In this document: piece by piece, positions 29,542 through 39,000 of the stretch
How positions within the stretch are numbered: position 1 is the stretch's first letter
How the letters are laid out: every line of letters begins with the position of its first letter
Virus record (IMG/VR): IMGVR_UViG_3300017435_000001
Coordinates: 1-45,509 of that record
Direction: 5' to 3' (one strand)
Origin: a virus
Length of the DNA: 45,509 nt
Notes under the pieces: generated by a model
What the model saw: only the letters and a program-made list of their open reading frames with translations
The model's database searches: none
What the model was told of the DNA's origin: nothing
Made by a program: the position numbers and the translations under genes

Positions 29542-31644
29542 ATGCCCAAGAAGCTGCAAGCCTCGTTCACTGGCGGAGAACTCGACCCGAAGCTGCACGC
29601 GCGCGTCGACCTCGCGAAGTACGGCACGGGGGCGGCCCTGCTGTCGAACTTCCTCGTCCATCCGTACGGCGGCGCGTCGAACCGGCCGGGGCTTGAGTTC
29701 GTCGCGGAGTGCGGGAACGGGGCAGGGCGGGTCCGCCTCGTCGACTTCCAGCTTACCGCGACGGACACCTGCGTCTTGGAGTTTGGCAACGGGTACATGC
29801 GCGTGCATCGCCTGGGCGCGCCGATCCTCTCCGGCGGCGTGCCGTACCAGATCGCGACGCCGTACGACAGCGACACGATTTTCGGCCTTCGGTTCGAGCA
29901 GTCGAACGACGTCCTGAAGATCACGACGCAGGCGTACAAGCCGCAAAACCTCTCGCGCTACTCGAACACGGATTGGCGCTTCTCCGACATCGTGACGGCG
30001 CAGACGGTCAACCCGCCGAACGACGTCGAGGGGAAGAAGAACACGCGCCCGCTCGCCACGGATGGGAGTGAGGGCGCGGCGTACGATCTGCCGTCCGTGT
30101 ACGTGGTGACGTCGATTGCCGCTGATACCGGGCGCGAAAGTTCCGTCTCAAGTTCCGTCACGATCTTGAACGATTTGAGCCATCGCGGCTTCAATAACGA
30201 GATCCGGTTCACCAAGACGCCGGGCGCGTCTCAGTGGAACATCTACAAGCAGGACCGGACCATATTCGGCCTGATCGCGACGCTGTACGCCGATCAACCC
30301 CCGGACCCTCTCGACGGAAAGATCGCATACCAGGACGCGAACGTTTCCGCCGACACATCGAACGGCGTTCCGAAGCTATCGAACCCCTTCGCCGGAGCCG
30401 GGGACTACCCGCGCGCCTCTACCTACTATCAGCAGCGCGTCGTCTACGGCGGCCCGGCGAACAAGGCGAACCGGATCGACCTCTCGCAGTCGGGCGATTT
30501 CAACAACTTCAATACGTCGTTCCCGACGCGCGATAGCGACGCGATCCAGTTCGCACTGTCTGCGCGCCAGCGTCAGGACGTGCTGTTCTTCGTGCCCGTC
30601 GAGGATCTGATCGTATTCACGACGTCGAGCGAGTGGCGCGTGCGGGGCAACGACAGCGGCACGATTACGCCGAACGCCATCGACGCCAAGCAACAGTCGT
30701 CCTACGGCTGCGCGGAGAACATTCAACCGCTTATCGTGCAAGACGACATCGTGTTCGTCCAGGCGAAGGGGCAGACGGTCCGCAGCATCGCGTACGACTT
30801 CGGCCAGAACAAATACGCTGGCGTGAACCTGTCGCTGCTTGCCGGCCATCTCTTCCGCAACCGAACCGTGGTCGCGATGGCGTACGCGCAGGCCCCGTAC
30901 TCGACGATGATCTTCGTCATGTCGGATGGTGTCGCGCTCTCGTTCACGTACCTCAAGGCCGAAGAGGTTTGGGCGTGGTCCCCGCACTACACGGACGGCT
31001 CGTTCGAGAGTGTCGCCGTCGTGGCAGAGGGCGACGAGGACGTGCCGTACTTCGTCGTGCGGCGCACGGTCGGCGGGGTTCAGAAGCGTTACGTCGAGCG
31101 CCGCACCCGGCGCGAGATCAGCAACGTCGCGGATGCCTTCTTCGTCGACAGCGGCTTGTCGTACGTTGGCGGCGCGACGAACTACGTCACCGGGCTTGGG
31201 CACCTCGAGGGCCGGCAGGTGTCGGGGACCGTCGATGGCGTCCCGGTGCGAAACCTGCCCGTCGTGGCCGGGCGCGTCGACCTGCCGATGGCAGGGGCGA
31301 AGATCACGCTCGGCCTGCCCTACGTGGCCGAACTCGAAACGCTCGACATCGACGTGGGGCAGGTGGCGCTTAACGGCGAGTTGCGGAACGTCTCGAAGAT
31401 CGTCATCCACGTCGAGCGCACGACGGGCCTTCTGCACGGCCAGCCGGGCGCGACGCTGTACGAGAAGCCGTCGCTTGCGGACGAGGGCGAAGTCACGCCC
31501 GGCGGCCTGTTCACGGGCTCGTACGAGGCGCGGATCGACGGCGACTGGAACAACAACGGCCGGGTGTTCTTCCGCGCCTCGCTCTTGCCTGCTACCATCC
31601 TCGCCGTGGTTCCGCAGTTCGAGGCAGGTGGGGATAGTGAATGA
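29542..31644 (+). CDS. Tail tubular protein B / nozzle (T7 gp12-like)
   Basis: 700 aa. N-terminus LQASFTGGELDPKLHARVDLAKYGTGAALLSNFLVHPYGGASNRPGLEF matches the nozzle-family N-terminal pattern. Confidence 0.75.
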   Translation: MPKKLQASFTGGELDPKLHARVDLAKYGTGAALLSNFLVHPYGGASNRPGLEFVAECGNGAGRVRLVDFQLTATDTCVLEFGNGYMRVHRLGAPILSGGVPYQIATPYDSDTIFGLRFEQSNDVLKITTQAYKPQNLSRYSNTDWRFSDIVTAQTVNPPNDVEGKKNTRPLATDGSEGAAYDLPSVYVVTSIAADTGRESSVSSSVTILNDLSHRGFNNEIRFTKTPGASQWNIYKQDRTIFGLIATLYADQPPDPLDGKIAYQDANVSADTSNGVPKLSNPFAGAGDYPRASTYYQQRVVYGGPANKANRIDLSQSGDFNNFNTSFPTRDSDAIQFALSARQRQDVLFFVPVEDLIVFTTSSEWRVRGNDSGTITPNAIDAKQQSSYGCAENIQPLIVQDDIVFVQAKGQTVRSIAYDFGQNKYAGVNLSLLAGHLFRNRTVVAMAYAQAPYSTMIFVMSDGVALSFTYLKAEEVWAWSPHYTDGSFESVAVVAEGDEDVPYFVVRRTVGGVQKRYVERRTRREISNVADAFFVDSGLSYVGGATNYVTGLGHLEGRQVSGTVDGVPVRNLPVVAGRVDLPMAGAKITLGLPYVAELETLDIDVGQVALNGELRNVSKIVIHVERTTGLLHGQPGATLYEKPSLADEGEVTPGGLFTGSYEARIDGDWNNNGRVFFRASLLPATILAVVPQFEAGGDSE

Positions 31645-32110
31645 CGGGCTTGTTGTACGTGGGGCTCTCGCTTCTGACGTGGGTCTGTTTGGCGATTGCC
31701 TGCGGGGAGTTGATCGGCGCGAGATCGCGGCGACGTCTTTGGGAGACCCCGCCGGTGCCATCGAGCGATGCCTCGCGGCATCTGAACGGACATGGGTCGG
31801 GTTGCTCGACGACAAGCCTATGTTCATATCGGGGATATCCCGTGCCAACTTCATGTCACGGCGTCGGGCTCCATGGTTACTCGGGACAGCCCTCATTGAT
31901 ACAAATCCACGACCGTTTTTGAAGTACACGCGAGCGGCTATGCCTGGGCTCCTCGCAGCGTATCCGTGGATGGAGAACCACATAGACGCTCGCTCGACCC
32001 GCACGATTGCGTGGCTGCGCTGGCTCGGGTTCGTGATACACGAGGCAAAGCCATACGGCGCGCTCGGTCGCCCGTTCCACAAGTTCAGCATCGGGGCACC
32101 GCATGTGTGA
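31637..32110 (+). CDS. Internal virion protein A-position gene (gp13-like position; start uncertain)
   Basis: The C-terminal part ...YPWMENHIDARSTRTIAWLRWLGFVIHEAKPYG looks like genuine protein. The first 30 or so codons have poor GC3, and an alternative frame (31641-31922) scores better there. Confidence 0.5.
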   Translation: MNDGLVVRGALASDVGLFGDCLRGVDRREIAATSLGDPAGAIERCLAASERTWVGLLDDKPMFISGISRANFMSRRRAPWLLGTALIDTNPRPFLKYTRAAMPGLLAAYPWMENHIDARSTRTIAWLRWLGFVIHEAKPYGALGRPFHKFSIGAPHV

Positions 32111-32615
32111 GATCGCGACCCTGTCCTTGGTTGCCGGCGTCATCGGGACCGGCGTGTCGGCCCTCGGCGCGGTCCAGCAGGGGCAGGCGCAGTCGCAGGC
32201 CGCCAAGTACCAAGCCGCCGTCGACCGGAACAACACCATCCTCGCGAACCGCGCGGCGGCCGATGCCATCGAGCGCGGCAAGGAAGCTGAAGCGACGCAG
32301 CGGCGCAAGACGACCGTCCTCTTGGCACGCCAACGGGCGGCAGTGGCGTCGAGCGGGATTGAGCTTGGGACCGGCTCGCCGCTGGATATCCTGGGCGACA
32401 CCGCGCAGTTCGGCGAACTCGACGCGCAGACCGTGCGCTCCAACGCCGAACGCGAGCGCCTGGGCGACGAGGCGAAGGCGTCGAACTTCACGGCGTCGGC
32501 GAACCTCAACGACATGAAGGCGTCCAGTGCCTCGACTGCCGGCCTTCTCGGCGGCGTCTCGGCGCTCGCCAGCGGCGGCCAGACGGTCGCCGCGAACTGG
32601 TACAAGATGAAATGA
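32103..32615 (+). CDS. Internal virion protein (gp14-position) with N-terminal TM helix
   Basis: MCEIATLSLVAGVIGTGVSALGAV, followed by an Ala/Gln-rich helical region. Confidence 0.6.
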   Translation: MCEIATLSLVAGVIGTGVSALGAVQQGQAQSQAAKYQAAVDRNNTILANRAAADAIERGKEAEATQRRKTTVLLARQRAAVASSGIELGTGSPLDILGDTAQFGELDAQTVRSNAERERLGDEAKASNFTASANLNDMKASSASTAGLLGGVSALASGGQTVAANWYKMK

Positions 32616-32785
32616 TGCGGGCCGGGCTTGATACCGGCTGGTCGGGCGCCGCCCCGGGGCTCACTCCAATGCGGCTCTTTCGGTTCCGGTGCGGCCTACG
32701 AGCCCTTGTCCCGCACACCCTATCCGACCTGCTGCCCTCTAAGCGTTGCGTGTCCTTCCCCGCCGCCGCATCTTCTGTAGGATAG
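32615..32785 (+). CDS. Candidate unlisted small ORF (56 aa)
   Basis: Its ATG shares a base with the upstream TGA. GC3 is about 71% by hand count. It fills an otherwise 175-nt gap. No family recognised. Confidence 0.25.
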   Translation: MRAGLDTGWSGAAPGLTPMRLFRFRCGLRALVPHTLSDLLPSKRCVSFPAAASSVG

Positions 32786-32789
32786 CGCA

Positions 32790-35700
32790 ATGGCAATCAC
32801 AGTTCCAGCCGTCACGAACCGCACGGTCCAGACGGACCGCGCGCCGAACCAATTCCAGAGCGACGCGGGCGCGACGCCGGAGGCGTTCGGGGCGCTCGAA
32901 GGCCGCGCGTTGCAGCAGGGCGGCAACGTCATTCAGCAGGGCGCGGGCCTCCTGAACGAGGCGGCGGAACGGCAGAAAGCCGAGGACGACGCGCGGAACG
33001 TGCTCGCGACGACGAACGATCTCAAGGACCGGCAGCGCAAGTTCCAGTACGGCGAGGACGGCAACGGCGGCGAGTTCTCGCGCCAGGGCTCGGACGCGCT
33101 CGGCGGCCAGCAGCGCACGGCCGATTTCTACAAGCAGACCACGGCCGAACTTTCGGCAAAGCTGACGGACCCGAAGCAGCGCCTCGCGTTCGACCGCGTG
33201 GTGTCGGCGCAGCGCGACGCGGATCTCGACACGGTCTCGCGCCGAGCGGCGGACGAGCGCGTGAAGGCGGCGACCACGGTTGCAAGCGTCACGCTGGCGA
33301 ACGCGACCCGCGCCGCTGTCGACGTGGCGAACGACGACAAGACGGCTGACGTCAACCTGAATTTGGGCCTCGCCGCGATCCGGTCCAACATCACGAAGCA
33401 GCCGCAAGAAGCCGTCGAGGCTGCGGCGGTCCAGTTCCGCTCGGACCTACAGACGCAGCGGATCGCGCGCGTCGCCGTCGACAGCCCGGCCGAAGCCGAG
33501 AAGATGTACGAGCGGTTGAAGCCGCAGATCTCCGGCGGCGACCACGCCAAGGTCGAACGCCTCCTCGAACCGCTCCGCGCGCGGCGCGAAGGCCTGTCCG
33601 TCGCGACTGAGTACCTGGGCCAGCCGGGACCGGCAACGCGGCAAGTGGCGGCGGTGGCGATGTCGACGGCGGCACCGCTGGTCCGTGCGGTCATCGGCCA
33701 GGAAAGCTCCGGCAACCCGAACGCCGTCTCGTCGAAAGGCGCGGCGGGCGTCATGCAGGTGATGCCCGACACGGCTCGCGAGATCTCGGCCAAGCGCGGC
33801 GACGGGCTGATCCCGGCGAACGCGACCGACGAGCAGGTCCGCACGATCCTGAAAGACCCAAGCGTCGGGCAGGCGTACGGGACGGACTACCTGCGCACGC
33901 AGCTACAGCGGTTCGGCGGTGATGTCCCGACCGCGCTCGTCGCGTACAACGCCGGGCCTGCCGTGGCCGAAAGGTGGCTGAAGGAGCGCAAGGGGCCGAA
34001 CGACCTCTCGACCCTGCCGGCCGAGACGCAAGCGTATGTGCCGAAGGTGATGTCGCGCCTTGCCGATGCGCAGGGCGGCGGGCCGGCAGATGTCGGGGGC
34101 AAGCCCGACGTGTTCAATCAGGTCCGCATGGGAGCGCTTCCCAAGCCGGGCGAGAAGTTCACGGCCGAGAAGTGGCCGCTCAAGTTCTACAAGCCCGACG
34201 ATATGCTCGCGCCAACGCCGGGCGGGCGGCAGGTCGACGCGCGGGCCGCAACGATGGCCGACGCGCTCGGGCAGCAGTTCTTCGAGGCGACCGGCATTCG
34301 TGTGCCGATCAACGACACGACGCCGGGACCGGGCTCGGCGGGCAAGCGGCGCGGCGCGTCCGACCCCGAGGACAATCCGCACGTCGAGAACTCGCAGCAT
34401 TTGCACGGGCGCGCGTTCGATTTCCAGGTGCAGAACTTGAGCGAGGCACAGAAAGCGCAGTTCTTGCAGATTGCGCGCAGTGTCGGATTTTCGGGGGTCG
34501 GGTTCTATGAAGGAAAATCCGGGCACCTGCACTTGGATACGGGCAAAGCGCGGTCGTGGGGAGCGATGCCCAAGTGGGCCGGCGGCGCGATGGCTGTCCC
34601 CGCGCTCGGGGCCTCGGACGTTGCTGTCGCTCCAAGCCTTAACGGGCTTCCGCTTCCCCCCTCGATGCGTGCGGCTGCGGGTGGCGCAGAGACGGGACCG
34701 CGACGCGCGGTTAGCGGTGGCGCTTCTGGAACGGGCACATCGTTCCTGCCGCCTGCACTGAGCCCCGAAGGTCGCGACCTGATCGGCACGCCGACGCCGA
34801 CTGTCTCGTCCGTTGCGGCGGGCGCTGCGTTCGGGCCGGGCGCGTCTGGTGGCATGGTGCCGCCGGCCGTGTCGAGCGCGATCCGTCTCGCGGACGACCT
34901 CGACCCGCAGGCGCTCCGCGACGCGGTCGCGAACGACCCGCGCCTCTTGGAGAAACCGGCCGCGATGGCAACCGCAAAGGCCGCCGTCGAGCGCGAGATC
35001 CGCGCCCGCGAGGGCCAGCGCAAGTCTGCGCTCCGCGACCTGCGCTCTGAGGCGATCCGCCACGTTCAGAGCGGCGGCGCGTCGGACGACCTCTCGCCGG
35101 AGATCTATTCCGCGCTGACGGATCTCGACCCGAAGTTCGTCACCGACACCCTGCCGGCGATGGAAGATCGCATCCGCAAGCGGAAGGACAAGACGGACCC
35201 GGAGGCGTACCACAGCCTCGCGACCATGGACGACGACAAGCTGGCGGATCTCGACCTGACGTCGTGGCGCTCGCGTCTGTCGCAGGCGGATTACGAGAAG
35301 TTCAGCGACCGGCAAAAAACGGCCGCCAAGGCTACCGCGTCGGACGCGATGAAGTGGGACGGCATTCAGGGTCAGACCGCCATCGCGACGAACGCGCTCA
35401 AGGCGGCCGGCATTTTCCCCGACAAGGACGACGCCGAAGCGAACCGGCGCGCCGGCCTGTTCATGTCCCGCCTAGACATGGCCCGTGCCGCGTTCCAGCA
35501 GGAGAACAAGCGCGAGATGAAGCCGGCAGAGTTTCAGGAAGCCATCGGGCACCTGATGACGCCGATCAACGGGGGCGACTGGACCGGGAAGACGCAGTAC
35601 CTTTTCGAGCAAGGCACCTCGAGCGAGAACGAGTTCCGTCGTCGCAACGAACTGCCGCTCATCGGCACGACGGGGAACGTCGCGCCCGCGCAGAAGCTCG

Positions 35701-36023
35701 AACAGATCCCGGCTCCGGCGCTGCAAACGCTCGTCGACAACTTCACGGCGATGCGCGGCACGCAGCCCAAGGCGGACGAGGCGATGCGGCTGTTCAACGA
35801 CAGCGTGGCGCTTGAGACCGGACGCCAGCCCAAGCCGGACGGGCCAACGCGGACCGAGATCATCGCGTCGCTGCGGCGGCGGTTCGGCGCGAGTATACAA
35901 ACGGACGCCTCGCGCTCGGCCGAACTAGAGGCTAAGGTGCAAGACGTCTACAGCCGGACCCTGCGTTCGCTGTTCACTCCGAAGCCGGCCGCGAGCGCAT
36001 CTGCCCCGGCCATACCGTTCTAA
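32790..36023 (+). CDS. Internal virion/ejection protein with lytic transglycosylase (SLT) and peptidase M15 domains (1077 aa)
   Basis: SLT: VIGQESSGNPNAVSSKGAAGVMQVMPDTA...ALVAYNAGP (around 33650-34000). M15: NSQHLHGRAFDF...KSGHLHLD (around 34390-34540). Confidence 0.85.
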   Translation: MAITVPAVTNRTVQTDRAPNQFQSDAGATPEAFGALEGRALQQGGNVIQQGAGLLNEAAERQKAEDDARNVLATTNDLKDRQRKFQYGEDGNGGEFSRQGSDALGGQQRTADFYKQTTAELSAKLTDPKQRLAFDRVVSAQRDADLDTVSRRAADERVKAATTVASVTLANATRAAVDVANDDKTADVNLNLGLAAIRSNITKQPQEAVEAAAVQFRSDLQTQRIARVAVDSPAEAEKMYERLKPQISGGDHAKVERLLEPLRARREGLSVATEYLGQPGPATRQVAAVAMSTAAPLVRAVIGQESSGNPNAVSSKGAAGVMQVMPDTAREISAKRGDGLIPANATDEQVRTILKDPSVGQAYGTDYLRTQLQRFGGDVPTALVAYNAGPAVAERWLKERKGPNDLSTLPAETQAYVPKVMSRLADAQGGGPADVGGKPDVFNQVRMGALPKPGEKFTAEKWPLKFYKPDDMLAPTPGGRQVDARAATMADALGQQFFEATGIRVPINDTTPGPGSAGKRRGASDPEDNPHVENSQHLHGRAFDFQVQNLSEAQKAQFLQIARSVGFSGVGFYEGKSGHLHLDTGKARSWGAMPKWAGGAMAVPALGASDVAVAPSLNGLPLPPSMRAAAGGAETGPRRAVSGGASGTGTSFLPPALSPEGRDLIGTPTPTVSSVAAGAAFGPGASGGMVPPAVSSAIRLADDLDPQALRDAVANDPRLLEKPAAMATAKAAVEREIRAREGQRKSALRDLRSEAIRHVQSGGASDDLSPEIYSALTDLDPKFVTDTLPAMEDRIRKRKDKTDPEAYHSLATMDDDKLADLDLTSWRSRLSQADYEKFSDRQKTAAKATASDAMKWDGIQGQTAIATNALKAAGIFPDKDDAEANRRAGLFMSRLDMARAAFQQENKREMKPAEFQEAIGHLMTPINGGDWTGKTQYLFEQGTSSENEFRRRNELPLIGTTGNVAPAQKLEQIPAPALQTLVDNFTAMRGTQPKADEAMRLFNDSVALETGRQPKPDGPTRTEIIASLRRRFGASIQTDASRSAELEAKVQDVYSRTLRSLFTPKPAASASAPAIPF

Positions 36024-36032
36024 GGGGACCAC

Positions 36033-39000
36033 ATGGCGGGCATGTTCGACGCGGCTGTTGATGACATCGCAGCCGGAGAGGACAAGGCCGCCCGTGCGGC
36101 GCAGCCGGGCTCGACGCTCGACATGCCCACGACGCCGCCCCCCGCGCCGGTCGCGCCGATCAATCCAGGCGACGAACTGCCAGGTCTGCCGGCCGATCTC
36201 GCGACGCCAGCGCCCGCCGTACAGGCCCCAGGACCGGCGCAAGCGCTCGCCCCTGCCGACGCTGCCCTGGCGAGCGAGCCTGCCGCTACGGGCCAGCCTG
36301 GGCCAGCGCGCGGTATGTTCGATGCTGCGGTCGACGAGGTAGCGAGCGAGGACAACCAGCGTCTCTCGTCGGCGCTTGAGACGGCGCGCACGACGGACCC
36401 TGTCCGCTACACGGAAGCGGCCCGAATTGCCGAACGCGATGGCCTGCCGCTTGAGTTCGTTACGCAGAACCTCGACGACCTCAAAACGCGCGCCACCGCG
36501 AACGACATGCGGAAGAGTTTAGAGGCATCGCCCCGGCTTAAGCAATGGTTCCTGACGGGCGATAACGCGAACACGGTCAAGCTCGACGATCTGCACAAGC
36601 TGTCCGGCCTGGGCTGGCTCATGGAAGCGACCGGGGCGCAGTGGTCCGCCGGGTGGGAACAGCGGCAGTCGGCCGACATTCGATACCGGCAGATGTTCGA
36701 CCGGGCGACGCCGGAAGAGATCGCACGCGCGGACGCCATCGACCGGCAGGAGAAGCGCGACTATGGCGCGGAAGGGTTCTTCCAGGGCGCAATCCCCGGC
36801 GCGGCAAACCAGCTTCCGAACATGATCGGCGGCATGCTCGCCGGCATCCCGAACCTGGGGTACACGGCGACGCTCGGCACGGCGGCGGGCGCGGCTGTCG
36901 GTTCGGCGGCGGGCGGCGTCGGTGCGATCCCTGGCGCTGTTGCCGGCTTCGGCGCTGGCGTGGCGACGGGTCTGATCCAGGGCCGGATTACGGACAGCTT
37001 CAAGCAAGAAGCCGGCGGCGCGTACAGCGAGTTCCTACAGATCCGGGGTGACAACGGGGAGCGGGTCGACCCCGTCGTGGCGCGCGGCGCGGCGCTGATC
37101 GCGGGCTCCGCGAACGCCGCCCTCGAAAGCATTGGCGAGGCCGCGCTCGAAAAGCTTGTGCCGGGCATGGACAAGATCGGCATCTCGGCTCTGCTGCGGA
37201 ACGGCTCGCGCGAAGTGATGAAGGAGGCGATCAAGCGCCCGACCATTCAGGCGGCCTTGCGCTCGTTCGGGGGCGCGGTGCTGCGGGGCGGGGCGACCGA
37301 AATCGGGACCGAAGTGCTGCAAGAAGCCGTGACTATCATGGCGCGGATCGCGGCCGAGAAGAACAGCGCGGGCGAGTTTCAGCCGATGGAAGCTGCCGAG
37401 ATCTCGGCGCGGCTTGTCGAGACGGCCGAACAGACCGCGCAAGCCATGCTCGTCCTGACGCCGGCCCTCGGCTCGACCCGGCTCGGGCGCGACCTGACGG
37501 TGTGGAAGCGCAGCGAGGATATGCGCGCGATCTACCAGAGCGCGAACGACACGGCGGCGACGACCGAACTCAAGACCCGCGCACCGGAGAAGTACCTCGA
37601 CGCGGTCAAGTCTTTCTTGGGCGACGGGAAGGCCAGCGACACGGTGTACGTGTCGACGGACAAGCTGACGGAACTGTTTCAGTCGATGGACCTGACGCCG
37701 CAGGATCTCGACGCGCGGATCGACGGGTTCTCGACGCGGTACGCGGAGGCGGTCGCGACCGGCAACGACACGCACATCGACATGGCGCAGTTTCAGACGC
37801 ACATCGCCGGAACGCCGCTGGGCGAGGCGCTGATCGAACATCAGCGCTGGCACCCGGAGATGGCGACCGTAGCCGAAGCGCGCGAGGCGCTGGCGGAAGC
37901 GCGCGAGGCGCAGGACCGCATGCTCGAAGAAGCGCTCGCCGCGTCGAAGGCGGACGCCGCGCGGGCTGCGCCACGGCAGCAAGTCGAAGAGGCCGTGTAC
38001 GGGATGCTCGTCAACATCGGCGAAGCGCCGACGACTGCCCGCGCGCAGGCGCAGTTGCAGGCGGCGTTCTTCGACACGATGGGCCAGCGCGCCGGTCTCG
38101 ACCCGCTCGAACTGTTCAACGCACAGGGGCTCGACATCCGCCGGGCGATGCCGGACGGGCTCGACTACCGCAAGACGGACGAACTCGACCTCGCGCTCGA
38201 CGCGATCCGCAAGGGCGATGCAGAGCGCGCCGGCAGGATGCGCAAGCGGGGGCAGGGCGCGAGCCTGGGGGCGTTCCTGCGCGGCAAGGGCGGGCTCGTC
38301 GAAAGCGACAGCTTTGCCGGCGAGATCCGGTCGCGCGACCTGAAGGGGAAGAAGCTGCTCGGCCGGAACGGCAAGGGCATGAACCTCGACGACGCCTCGC
38401 TCGCGGCTGCGGAAGCAGGGTATTTCCCCAGCGCGACGAACGACGACGGCACGATCAACCGCGAGGGGCTGGTCGAAGCGCTGCTGTCCGCCATCGACGA
38501 GGAAGTCGCCGGCCGCCCGCTGTTCGCGATTGCCGCAGAGGACGTTCCGCTCGACCCGCAGCTTGCGCGCGTCGCGGCGCTGGCCGACGAGATGTCGGCG
38601 CTGGGCCTCGACACGGCGTCGATGACGAACGACGAGATCCGCGCCGAACTCATGAGGGCGTCATCGGTCGACGCGACGAACGGGGCGCTGTTCCAGGGGT
38701 TCGATCTCGCCGGGCCGCAACCCGACAAGCGCGGGTCGATCCAGTTCGGCGAGGGCCGGACCGTCATCAACCTGTTCCAGGCCGCGAACCTGTCAACGTT
38801 CCTGCACGAAAGCGCGCACCTGTTCCTCGAAGTCTCGAAGCAGGTTGCGGAGCGTCCCGTCGAGCCCGGCGCAAACGACGTCATCCGCGAAGACTGGCGA
38901 AAGGTGCTCGCGTTCATCGGCGCGGAAGAGGGCAAGCCCATCCCGCGCGAGGCTCATGAGAAGTTCGCCAAGGCGTTCGAGACGTACCTTTCGGAAGGCA

